Shown: in pieces, positions 48,244 through 57,087 of the stretch
How the letters are laid out: each line of letters begins with the position of its first letter
How positions within the stretch are numbered: the first letter of the stretch is position 1
Origin: Pirellulaceae bacterium
GTDB lineage: Bacteria; Planctomycetota; Planctomycetia; Pirellulales; Pirellulaceae
DNA length: 64,000 bases
Direction of reading: 5' to 3'
Assembly: GCA_963734865.1 (NCBI GenBank)
Contig: CAVTIV010000022.1
Coordinates: forward strand, 74,432-138,431
Program-made: the position numbers and the translations under genes
The notes under the pieces: generated by a model
Told to the model about the DNA's origin: nothing
Databases searched by the model: none
Seen by the model: only the letters and a program-made list of their open reading frames with translations

Positions 48244-49776
48244 ATGCCTCGGCAAATCTCGTTCCCGAAGCGCGCAACAAGCGGAGTAGCGGTCGGCATC
48301 ACTGTCTCGGCCAGTGACCCACTCGGATCGACTTTTATGTACAGTTTGATCGACGATGCCGGCGGTCGGTTTGAAATAGAGCCTACGACAGGGATCGTCA
48401 CCGTGGGTGACGGGTCGCTACTGGACGGACCGGCGACGCACGCGATCACGGTGCAGGCCAGCGACGGATTGGGAGGCACGATAACGGCCAACTTCGATGT
48501 CGATGTGTCCAACGTTGCGCCGACAATCACGGAACTCTACTCGATCAATGGCGGGTTCGACAACAATTCAGGGGATCGAGTAGTAGCGATTGAAGGCAAC
48601 TACTTCGACCCGGCCAGCCTGCTTGACACACACACGATTATAGTTGATTGGGGCGATGGCGGGGCGGCAGAGACGCTATCGGACGATTCGGTTGATCAAA
48701 CCGACGACGAGTTCGCTGGTTCGCACGTGTACGCCGACGGCGGTGTGTACATAATCACCGTTACGGTCATCGACAGCGACAACGCCGCATCGGAGGAGTT
48801 CATCGCGCGGGCAGTAGTAACCGGCGTGACCTTGGTCGACGGTACGCTGTACGTGATTGGGACCCGCGGCCAGGACGACGTCGACATCACCATCGGCAGT
48901 GATCACGGCGGCATTGAGACGCTTAAGGTGAAGACACAACTCGATGGAAATGGCACTCATGAAGTTGATACCTTCGATCCCAATCTGGTCGATCAGATTG
49001 TCATTCGTATGCGTAATGGCAACGACATTGTCCACATCCACCGTGACGTGGCAATCGACGCCATCGTTCACGGCGGCGGCGGGAATGACATCCTCCTCAG
49101 TGGACGCGGAAACGACGAACTTCGGGGCGGTCGCGGCGACGACGTACTTGTTGGCGGCGCGGGCGAGGACAAGCTGTACGGTGGCAGTAACGATGACCTG
49201 CTGATCGGTGGCGTTGGTATGGACACGCTCAGCGGTGGCAGCGGAAAGGATACCGTCAGCGGCGGACTCGGAGACGACGTTCTGATGGGTGGTCGCGGCG
49301 ACGATCTACTCATTGCCGGCGCAGGCGATGATATCGCGCACGGTGGCAGCGGTGACGACATCCTGTATGGCGGGGCGGGCCAGGATACGCTGCGCGGCGG
49401 CACCGGGAACGACATCATCTTTGGAGAATTCGGAGACGACCATCTCATGGGTGGCCGTGGCAACGACGTGCTCGTCGCTGGTCGGGGCGACGACAAATTG
49501 CGAGGTGGAAGCGATGCGGACATTCTGATCGGCGGCATCGGCAATGACAGTCTGACCGGCGGTAATGGCGACGATCTGTTGATAGGTCACTCGGCCGAGA
49601 ACGAATTGAGTGCGACCGCTGTGGCCGCCGCGATGGCCCACTGGACCGCGGGTGACCTGGCCGCCGCGTTAGGCGACCTCGGAACGCTGTCCGAGGACGG
49701 CGACGTGGATGACTTGATCGGCGGCAAGGGTGACGACGAACTGCTCGGTGGTCTCAATGACAGATTGATGCCGTAG
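48244..49776 (+). CDS. Giant-gene fragment: last cadherin/PKD-like units and the C-terminal RTX block
   Basis: 510 aa. [14 protein letters not shown]...[27 protein letters not shown], then GGxGxD repeats to the C-terminus. Stop TAG at 49774-49776. Confidence 0.75.
   Translation: MPRQISFPKRATSGVAVGITVSASDPLGSTFMYSLIDDAGGRFEIEPTTGIVTVGDGSLLDGPATHAITVQASDGLGGTITANFDVDVSNVAPTITELYSINGGFDNNSGDRVVAIEGNYFDPASLLDTHTIIVDWGDGGAAETLSDDSVDQTDDEFAGSHVYADGGVYIITVTVIDSDNAASEEFIARAVVTGVTLVDGTLYVIGTRGQDDVDITIGSDHGGIETLKVKTQLDGNGTHEVDTFDPNLVDQIVIRMRNGNDIVHIHRDVAIDAIVHGGGGNDILLSGRGNDELRGGRGDDVLVGGAGEDKLYGGSNDDLLIGGVGMDTLSGGSGKDTVSGGLGDDVLMGGRGDDLLIAGAGDDIAHGGSGDDILYGGAGQDTLRGGTGNDIIFGEFGDDHLMGGRGNDVLVAGRGDDKLRGGSDADILIGGIGNDSLTGGNGDDLLIGHSAENELSATAVAAAMAHWTAGDLAAALGDLGTLSEDGDVDDLIGGKGDDELLGGLNDRLMP
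49070..49590 (+). repeat. C-terminal RTX (GGxGxDxL) nonapeptide array, about 19 units
   Basis: [48 protein letters not shown]...[10 protein letters not shown]. Confidence 0.8.
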
Positions 49777-50057
49777 AACGGTTTAGTAGACATGACTTAG
49801 TGCGAACGACGATGCGTAACCTGGCGCGGTCCAACGAGGACTAATCCGATTTCGATACCAACGCAACATCGTTCAAGAAGGAACGCGGCTGTGAATACTT
49901 CATCCCCGGTTGACCAGGCACTCAATGCGATCGTCGACGTGTTGGTTCGCGAATTCGCGTCGACCCGACGCGATGCAGACGCCGTTACGCCTCGTACAAA
50001 CGCCGATGCGTATTTGGCGCTGCGCAACAGAAATTTGTCTCCAATCTGCGAGAAAGA

Positions 50058-52658
50058 TTGGCCGAGATCGAGTCGAGAGACGCCCAGGCTCGCGAAGCGG
50101 TCGGCGATCACATGCCAGCAACGATTGACACTCCGATCTCTGCAGCGACCGGTGACCCGACCGGCAGAATTGAACAGGCCCGTGAACAGCAACCTCCGGG
50201 AGATTCGAAGTATGTTGAAACCACCGTAAGCATCTCTCAAACTCCAGATCGAAAAACGACGATTCGTTCCAAGAAGCTGCCGACGACTATCACACCAGAG
50301 CCCACTGCGCCTGCGGGCTACGAGGTGCTCGGGCAGCTGGGCAAAGGTGGAATGGGGATCGTTTACAAGGCGCGACACATACCACTGAATCGTATCGTGG
50401 CCATCAAGATGATCTTGGGCGGCAAACATGCGTCACCCGAAACTCTCTCACGCTTCCGCCAAGAAGCAGAGGCGGCAGCACATCTGACACATCCCAACAT
50501 CGTGTCCGTCTACGAGGTGGGCGAATATCAGGGAATGCCTTACTTCTCCTTAGAGTACGTGGACGGCTTGGCGATGTCGGCACTGCTATCCGAGGCTTCG
50601 CTGAGTTCCAAACGATCTGCCGAACTGATGGAGCAAGTGTCGCGGGCGGTGCATTACTCGCACCAGCAAGGCGTCATCCATCGCGATTTGAAGCCGTCGA
50701 ACATCCTGATTACCCGCGACGGAGATCCGAAAGTAGCTGACTTTGGGTTGGCCAAGCGATTGGACGACGAAGACCAGGACCAGACGAGGACGGGCCAGAT
50801 TCTCGGGACTCCCGGATTCATGGCCCCGGAGCAGGCTCGCGGTGAAAAATTGATTGGACCGCGTACCGACGTCTACGCCCTTGGCGCGATCCTGTACAAC
50901 ATGCTGACTGGCCGCGCGCCATTCGTCGCTCCGACGCCGATTGAGACCATCCAGCAAGTCGTTTCAGAGGATCCCGTTCCACCCTCACGATTGCAGTCCA
51001 ACTTGGATCGTGATCTGGAAACAATCTGCCTGAAGTGCCTGGATAAGGAGCCCAATCGTCGATATGCCAACGCGGCAGATTTAGCGGACGAGCTACAGCG
51101 AGTTCAACAGGGCAAGCCGATCCTCGCTCGCCCGATCACCGCCCGCGAGCGACTTGTGAAGTGGTGCCGGCGCAATCCCCGTGTCGCCACGCTCAGCGGG
51201 ATTGCTGCGAGTTTATTGCTGACACTGCTGTGCGGTGGCTACATCTCGGCGGCGGTGATCAACCAGCAGAAGATCGCTGAGACAGCGGCGAAAGTATCGG
51301 CCCAGGAAAGCGAGGCGCTGGCGGAGTTCCAGGCTGATCTGGCACTCGATGCGACGCGCATGGTGCTTTACCAAACGCAAGAGTTTTTTCGATCGAAGCC
51401 AGAATACAACGAATTGCGAAACAGCATGCTGGCGGGAATCCTCCAGAAGATCGAGGGGCTCTATGCGGAACGGCAAGATTACGATGTCAAGGAAACGTTT
51501 CGAGCCTCAGCAATTCGGCAACTGGGGCAAATCTACTTTGAGGCAGGCCGGTTCGAGCAGGCGTTGGAGCAGTTCCTGGAAAGTGAGCGGATCGCTCTGA
51601 AGTTGCAGCAAGAGGGGCGTCTGGCACGGCCGCACTTGAATTTCGCGACCCTTGATCTATCGATCGGTGATACTCAAAAACAACTCGGTAATCTTGATCA
51701 GGCGGAGCGGCGTTACCTCGGCTTGATCGAACATCGTGAGAAGTACTTTGCATCGCAACCAAGTATCGATACCAAGAGCGCCGAACAGAGTATGGCTCAG
51801 GCATATGGCCGCCTCGGCGAACTCTACCTTCTAAACAGAAAGGTCGAGCTTGCGTTACCGCTGATTCAGAGATCCTTGGACGCGAGGCGAAAGCGGTATG
51901 AGGCGTTTCCGAGCAACCTGCAAACTGGCGAAGAACTTTCCGGCGCCCTGCGGGGGCTTAGCAATTTGTACGAACAAACAGGTCAATTCCCTGAGATGAT
52001 CACCGCCAGCGAGCAAGCGCTCAAGTTGCTGCGACGGTCGTCGGCGAACAAGTCCGATTTCCCCACGGTCGCCAACATGGCTGGTGTGTTAAAGCAATTG
52101 GGACGCCAATACCAGCTTGCGGGCGATCGACAGAACGCTGAGTCGCGTTTGCGAGAATCGGTCACCCAATTTGAAGCGGCGTTGAGCCAAAGTCCCGGCA
52201 ACGGTCGTGCTCAGGCCGGAGCGGCGGACAGTTATTATCTTCTCGCCCAACTCCTGTTTCGTTCCGGCCAAGACCACAGCCAGCAATGCGAGCGCGGAAT
52301 CGCTCTTTGTGACCTTCTGCTTGCTAAGTCACAGAGTGTCGCCAATCGCGTGCTGAAACTTAAATTCGTTGCACTGTCGGGCCAAGTGGAACAAGCGAGC
52401 AAGCTTGCCGATCAGATCGCTGGAGAACATACAGACGAGGAAGCGTGTTTGTACGGGGCCATCGGTTATGCAATGGCCGCGGATCACTGTGATGATCCGC
52501 AGAAGCAGGAACTGCTAGACAAGGCTCTCGATTGCGTACGCGACGCGCTCAAGTTGGGATTTCGCCAGTTCGTGATCTTGCGAACCGATCTCGACTTTGA
52601 ACCGCTGCAGAAACTTGACGCGTATCAGCAATTGCTCGATGCTGCAGAAAACGAGTGA
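50058..52658 (+). CDS. Ser/Thr protein kinase (Hanks type) with one TM segment and a C-terminal TPR-like domain
   Basis: GKGGMGIVYKA, VAIKMI, HRDLKPSNIL, DFGLAK and GTPGFMAPEQ. TM segment VATLSGIAASLLLTLLCGGYISAAVI. Helical repeats run to the end. Start is TTG 50058 or ATG 50112. Confidence 0.85.
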   Translation: MAEIESRDAQAREAVGDHMPATIDTPISAATGDPTGRIEQAREQQPPGDSKYVETTVSISQTPDRKTTIRSKKLPTTITPEPTAPAGYEVLGQLGKGGMGIVYKARHIPLNRIVAIKMILGGKHASPETLSRFRQEAEAAAHLTHPNIVSVYEVGEYQGMPYFSLEYVDGLAMSALLSEASLSSKRSAELMEQVSRAVHYSHQQGVIHRDLKPSNILITRDGDPKVADFGLAKRLDDEDQDQTRTGQILGTPGFMAPEQARGEKLIGPRTDVYALGAILYNMLTGRAPFVAPTPIETIQQVVSEDPVPPSRLQSNLDRDLETICLKCLDKEPNRRYANAADLADELQRVQQGKPILARPITARERLVKWCRRNPRVATLSGIAASLLLTLLCGGYISAAVINQQKIAETAAKVSAQESEALAEFQADLALDATRMVLYQTQEFFRSKPEYNELRNSMLAGILQKIEGLYAERQDYDVKETFRASAIRQLGQIYFEAGRFEQALEQFLESERIALKLQQEGRLARPHLNFATLDLSIGDTQKQLGNLDQAERRYLGLIEHREKYFASQPSIDTKSAEQSMAQAYGRLGELYLLNRKVELALPLIQRSLDARRKRYEAFPSNLQTGEELSGALRGLSNLYEQTGQFPEMITASEQALKLLRRSSANKSDFPTVANMAGVLKQLGRQYQLAGDRQNAESRLRESVTQFEAALSQSPGNGRAQAGAADSYYLLAQLLFRSGQDHSQQCERGIALCDLLLAKSQSVANRVLKLKFVALSGQVEQASKLADQIAGEHTDEEACLYGAIGYAMAADHCDDPQKQELLDKALDCVRDALKLGFRQFVILRTDLDFEPLQKLDAYQQLLDAAENE

Positions 52659-52754
52659 CTATTGCTTGCGGATCTTGCGGATCAACTGGCAACCGTAATG
52701 TTCGATCTCCAGCAAGTTTGCATACTCTTTCATTCGGTCATGCTAAGGCAAGGT

Positions 52755-54077
52755 TTATCGTCCCTCGGAGTTTTCTCGCGTCTTCGGTTTGATGAACAGC
52801 ACCTCGCCTCGCTCGATCCATCCCTTTCGCAGATCCACCCGGAACCAGCCCTCGCTGTTTTTCGGTTGGAAGCGGACAGGAGATCGCGGCCCGAACTCGG
52901 CCAGGTCGTACTCGGCCCAGGTCTTGCCCAAGTCGAGTGAGATGGCGATGCCCGTGGCGTACGTCGATGCGGGGGCGCAGTGGCCGGCTAGGATCACGCC
53001 GTCTTCGATGATCATGTTGGCCATTTCGAATTCCGCGTCGAACAGCAAAGTGTGCTTCATTGGATCGGCGAGATCCGCTGGATCGCAGCGAAAAATGCCG
53101 CGGTCGTGTTTCTCGTTGGGCAACTTGGGACCGTTCGCGTCCGCAGCCCAGTAAAGCTGACCATCGACGAAGCTGATGCCGCCGGACTTGTATCGTGAGT
53201 TCGAGTTGACGGACACCAGCACCTGCCAGTCCCAGTTGTCACCTCGCGCGTCATACACGCCGCGCAGCCAGTGGCATTCATTCCCGTGTCCGCGATCGAT
53301 GTCCCCGGTGCAGGCGTAGAACGCGCGTTCGGCTGGATTATAGGCCACGGAGTGAATGTGCCGGCAGATGACCGGGTTGCCAGGATCGCCGAGGTACGAC
53401 TCGGGATCGGTGCCCTTCTCCTGGAAATGCGGATTCCGGCCGAAGGAATAGGCGATCTTGACCGTCTGTCCGTTGTCGGTCGAGTAGTAGATATTCACCG
53501 GCACCGGCCCGCCGAGCACGTTGCAGTAGTTGCCCCACACGAGCATTTCGGAGCCATCGATGTCCCACGTGTGAACGCCGTCGAGCGGATGGAAATACCA
53601 ACCGGGCTGATCCGGATTCTGGGGCGTATGAGGAAGGTAATCGCGGCCCTCGCGATTCTTGACAATGATCTGCCGGTATGTCTTGAGATTATCGGTGCTG
53701 AGGAACAGTTTCTCTCGCGTAGCGAAGAGAATGTTCCCGTTTTTCAGCAGGCAACTGAAGGTAATGTTCTCCGCTTCGGGAAACGCCGCGCTGTGAGCCC
53801 AAGTGTGACCATTGTCCTCGGACAGAAAGATCTTCCCGTCGCCGAATCCAAAGGCCTTGTGGTCGCGCTGCGAATCGATGTAAGGCCCTTCCGGAGCGAG
53901 CCGGCACCAGAAGTCGTCGGTTTCGCGGATCGGTGTGTTCGCGGCAAGCAGCGGGAAGGTGCTTGGAATGAGCACGCCGCCGACAGTGGCGGTAGCGGCC
54001 CTACCGAGAAACCGGCGGCGGTTGAGATGGGATTGGAGGTTGATGGTAATTTTCCTTAGGTAAGGGTTCGGTCTCAC
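52755..54077 (-). CDS. Tat-signal BNR/Asp-box beta-propeller protein (sialidase-like)
   Basis: RRRFLGRAATATVGG twin-arginine motif. Asp-box-like SEDNGHTWA, STDNGQTV and SLDLGKTWAEY. GTG start at 54077. Confidence 0.7.
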   Translation of the reverse strand: MRPNPYLRKITINLQSHLNRRRFLGRAATATVGGVLIPSTFPLLAANTPIRETDDFWCRLAPEGPYIDSQRDHKAFGFGDGKIFLSEDNGHTWAHSAAFPEAENITFSCLLKNGNILFATREKLFLSTDNLKTYRQIIVKNREGRDYLPHTPQNPDQPGWYFHPLDGVHTWDIDGSEMLVWGNYCNVLGGPVPVNIYYSTDNGQTVKIAYSFGRNPHFQEKGTDPESYLGDPGNPVICRHIHSVAYNPAERAFYACTGDIDRGHGNECHWLRGVYDARGDNWDWQVLVSVNSNSRYKSGGISFVDGQLYWAADANGPKLPNEKHDRGIFRCDPADLADPMKHTLLFDAEFEMANMIIEDGVILAGHCAPASTYATGIAISLDLGKTWAEYDLAEFGPRSPVRFQPKNSEGWFRVDLRKGWIERGEVLFIKPKTRENSEGR

Positions 54078-54187
54078 CGGCTTGTCGCATTCGTCTTATC
54101 CGACGGCCAACTCGCCACGGGCCTGCGGCGTCACACATCCTACGACGCATTACAGCAGCGGCACAAGCAACGAAAGGGAAAACAAAA

Positions 54188-55558
54188 GAAATAAAAGGGA
54201 CACCCATAGATCTTGCAGATCGGGCCTGGGTCTGTTACGCTTGGCTTCGGTTCGCGACTCGCTCGGGAGATGTCTGATGCCTCGCTTAGCTCGTCATGAT
54301 GTGATCGATCCGTCTCAGGTGCAGGTGCTGCACTGCGTGCAGAGGTGCGTGCGGAGGGCGTTTTTGTGCGGCGATGACGCCTACTCGGGACAATCCTTCG
54401 AGCACCGCCGGGGCTGGATCCGCCGACGGATGGAGTTCCTCGCTTCGGTCTTTGGCATCGATTGCCTGACCTACACCGTGATGCAAAACCATCTCCACGT
54501 GGTCCTCCGCAGCCGCGCCGATGTGGTGGCCTCCTGGAGCGACCAGGAAGTGGCCCGCCGCTGGTTGCGACTGTTCCCGCAGCGGCGCAACAAGGATGGG
54601 ACCCCAGCCGAACCGAAACAGCCGGAGATCGATAGGATCGTGAACCGACCCAAAGTGCTGGCCAATCGAAGAGAGCGTCTCAGTGATGTCAGTTGGTGGA
54701 TGCGGTGCCTGGCCGAGAACATCGCCCGGATGGCCAACAAGGAAGACGAGTGTAGCGGCCGGTTTTGGGAAGGACGCTTCAAGTGCCAGTTGTTGCTTGA
54801 TGAGGCATCGCTGTTGGCCTGTGCGGCTTACGTCGACCTCAATCCGATTCGTGCGGCCTTGGCCAAGACGCCCGAATCGAGCGACTACACCGGGGCCAAG
54901 GACCGTTTGGACGACCTGAAAGAATGGTCGGGTCGAACGCGGCCATCAACGCACGACTGGGAACGAAGTCGGCGACGAAAGCAAAGTGGTTGGTTGAGTC
55001 CGGTGGAGATCGATGAGCGATCCGATGCGACCGGACCTGATCTTGATTCAAGTGGACGACGTGCCAGCCGGAAAGGGTTCCTGTCGTTTTCGCTGTTGTC
55101 CTATGTCGAGTTGCTGGACTGGACCGGTCGTCAGCTTCGCGACGACAAGCGAGGAATGATCCCGGACCACTTGCAACCGATTCTGACCCGGATCGGCTTG
55201 GACGCGCCGGGTTGGTGTGATCTTGTGCGACGGTTTGGCAAGGTGTTCAAGCGAGCGGCCGGTGCGGCGGAGAGTCTGGCCGCCGAGGCGGAACGGCGCG
55301 GCCAGAGCTGGATGCAATCTCCCGGCAACCCGTTGGTCGCCGCCTGAGCGGCTCAGGCCGGTAATATCCCCCACACGATTCTCATGCCAGGTTCGTTTCA
55401 TGCCAGGTTCGCCGCTGCGCGGTCTCCTCGGTCTTGGCAAATCACTGGCCCTACCGTCGCGTCCGGGTGTACCGGATTCGCCAGAGATTCCGAGCAAGCG
55501 TTCTCGCCTCGTCCCCCCGTCGCGACTCGGCCAGTTTACTTATTGGGTGTCCCTTTAT
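54188..55558 (+). mobile_element. Copy 2 of the 1.37 kb Y1/HUH-transposase element
   Basis: See copy 1. Inverted termini AAAGGGACACCCA (54194-54206) and TGGGTGTCCCTTT (55544-55556). Same orientation as copy 1. Confidence 0.8.
54277..55347 (+). CDS. Y1 (HUH) tyrosine transposase-like protein, copy 2
   Basis: Protein identical to 3882-4952. The track ORF 54082-55347 is longer only because the upstream flank happens to be open. Confidence 0.7.
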   Translation: MPRLARHDVIDPSQVQVLHCVQRCVRRAFLCGDDAYSGQSFEHRRGWIRRRMEFLASVFGIDCLTYTVMQNHLHVVLRSRADVVASWSDQEVARRWLRLFPQRRNKDGTPAEPKQPEIDRIVNRPKVLANRRERLSDVSWWMRCLAENIARMANKEDECSGRFWEGRFKCQLLLDEASLLACAAYVDLNPIRAALAKTPESSDYTGAKDRLDDLKEWSGRTRPSTHDWERSRRRKQSGWLSPVEIDERSDATGPDLDSSGRRASRKGFLSFSLLSYVELLDWTGRQLRDDKRGMIPDHLQPILTRIGLDAPGWCDLVRRFGKVFKRAAGAAESLAAEAERRGQSWMQSPGNPLVAA

Positions 55559-55641
55559 GGCCCTACAGAGCCGAAGCTTTGTCAAGATCGCTAAGTGGTC
55601 GGCATCCTGCACCAAATTGACGCTCTCGTTTGGATCGGTCT

Positions 55642-57087
55642 TCAGATCATCGAAGATATCAGTTCGTCCACGTCGACCGTCGCAAAAGTGGTAGCGTAGT
55701 CCGACATGGCGTAAGGAAGCACAAGATGCCCATTGTGGATCACGCTACCGCAACTGTAAACGACGTTCGGGACATATCCGTCCCGTTCATTTTCGTCTGG
55801 AGTTAACAGCGGCTCTTTCATGCGACCGATCACTCGGGATGGATCATCCAGGTCCAGCAGGATTGCGCCGATGCAGTACTTGCGCATCGGCCCGACGCCA
55901 TGCGTGAGCACGAGCCATCCCGTGTCCGTCTCGATTGGCGAACCGCAGTTTCCCAACTGCACAAACTCCCAAGGGTACGTTGGCTTGACGATCATCTGTT
56001 TGGTATGCCAGAAGTAGAGCATGTCCGAATACATCAGGTACAGATGCTCGCCGTCTTGCCGAGACAACATGGCATAATGTCCGTTGATCTTTCGGGGGAA
56101 CATCGCGAGCCCCTTATCGGAGATCGCTGGACCATTGAGCGTGTGCATCTTGAAACGGAGGAAGTCTTTCGTCTCGAGCAACTGCGGCAAGACCATTTTT
56201 CCATCGTACGCTGAGTAGGTGGCGTAGTAACGCGAGAGTCCATTCTCCTCTTGAAACTGTACAAACCGGGCATCTTCAATCCCGTTGGTTTCGGTTGGGC
56301 CAAAGGGAAAAATCAAGCGTTCGGACAGCTCGTGTTTTGGCAAGTAGGTGATTTCGTAGTTTGACTTGGCGAGCGTGACAACTTGCTCGACGATCGGCGC
56401 CAAATCGTGATGTCGTGACCGATGTTCTCGCAATCCGTTCTTCAGCGCGTTCTCAAGCTGATTCAAGGTGAATTCGTTTTCCAACGAGGCAAACACAGAT
56501 TCTGTGAATAGGTTGCCCAACTCAAGTTCGACCAGTTTGCGAAGAAACAAATCTTTCTCATACAGTGCGTCTGGAACAAATTCGGGCGTCGTAACAAACC
56601 TCGTCGGTTCGTCGATCGATAGCCGGTTGTCGCCGTCGATGACTCCTGAGCGAAACGTGACCGATGAGATGTGCCCTTCACCGACCGCACGCAAACTCAG
56701 CACGAACCGCCGAGAACCGGCGGCAAGGTTTGATTGGTTGGGATGCCAGACGATCGACGGATTGAACAGCGCTGCGGACTCCAATGCGTACTCCTGAGTG
56801 AAGTAGGCACCGAGTAACAGTTGACGGCTTTCGGTCAGCGGTGCGTCCGTCAGTAAGGAGTGACGGATAGCCTCGTAGCGGCGCAGAAAGAATTCACGTG
56901 GTCGCTGATGTCTTCCGTGGAATTCCTTCAAAACGTAACTTAACTGCGCATCTACCTCATCTTCGGAAAGAGTCGACACACGAGCGATGATCCGGAGCTT
57001 TCGGTTCGCATTAGGCATCTCGAACGGTCGCAGCACAACGCGGCGATTGTTGGGCGAAATCACGATCCCTGTTCGCTTAACTAGCAT
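55642..57087 (-). CDS. GH130-family glycoside phosphorylase/hydrolase-like protein with a long N-terminal extension
   Basis: The C-terminal ~300 aa look like a GH130 propeller (NGIEDARFV, GSPIETDTGWLVLTHGVGPMRKYCIGAILLDLDDPSRVIGR, GYVPNVVYSCG). ATG 57087 overlaps the upstream gene's end (57077) by 11 nt. Confidence 0.7.
   Translation of the reverse strand: MLVKRTGIVISPNNRRVVLRPFEMPNANRKLRIIARVSTLSEDEVDAQLSYVLKEFHGRHQRPREFFLRRYEAIRHSLLTDAPLTESRQLLLGAYFTQEYALESAALFNPSIVWHPNQSNLAAGSRRFVLSLRAVGEGHISSVTFRSGVIDGDNRLSIDEPTRFVTTPEFVPDALYEKDLFLRKLVELELGNLFTESVFASLENEFTLNQLENALKNGLREHRSRHHDLAPIVEQVVTLAKSNYEITYLPKHELSERLIFPFGPTETNGIEDARFVQFQEENGLSRYYATYSAYDGKMVLPQLLETKDFLRFKMHTLNGPAISDKGLAMFPRKINGHYAMLSRQDGEHLYLMYSDMLYFWHTKQMIVKPTYPWEFVQLGNCGSPIETDTGWLVLTHGVGPMRKYCIGAILLDLDDPSRVIGRMKEPLLTPDENERDGYVPNVVYSCGSVIHNGHLVLPYAMSDYATTFATVDVDELISSMI

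Larger units (their letters stand above)
16597..49776 (+). pseudogene. Giant (~33.2 kb) modular repeat/adhesin-like surface protein gene, fragmented by more than 35 frameshifts and at least three in-frame stops
   Basis: Homologous repeat sequence continues across every + strand ORF boundary between 16597 and 49776. Individual fragments are listed below. Smaller fragments not listed separately include 25283-25738, 25698-26057, 26024-26473, 26753-27094, 29088-29636, 29600-29884, 31521-31721 and 31718-31933. Confidence 0.7.

Noticed and set aside
16597-49776. The tandem repeat arrays considered as CRISPR
   Set aside because: Units are 168-920 bp, contiguous without unique spacers, and protein-coding in a consistent frame. 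No cas genes are present.
49948-49959. Perfect 12-bp palindrome CGCGAATTCGCG about 100-160 nt upstream of the kinase start, considered as an operator
   Set aside because: About 16 perfect 12-bp palindromes are expected by chance in 64 kb (64000 x 4^-6), so there is no statistical support on its own.
49797-50429. 210-aa minus-strand ORF, and the 112-aa and 72-aa plus ORFs at 49891-50229
   Set aside because: They overlap the kinase N-terminal extension, match no motif I recognise and have no RBS. They are probably open-frame noise in GC-rich DNA. The kinase start (50058 or 50112) nevertheless remains uncertain.
52662-52736. 24-codon minus-strand ORF (MKEYANLLEIEHYGCQLIRKIRKQ) between the convergent kinase and BNR genes
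   Set aside because: It is too short, the purine-rich stretch is too close to the ATG to serve as an RBS, and I cannot assess any supporting conservation.
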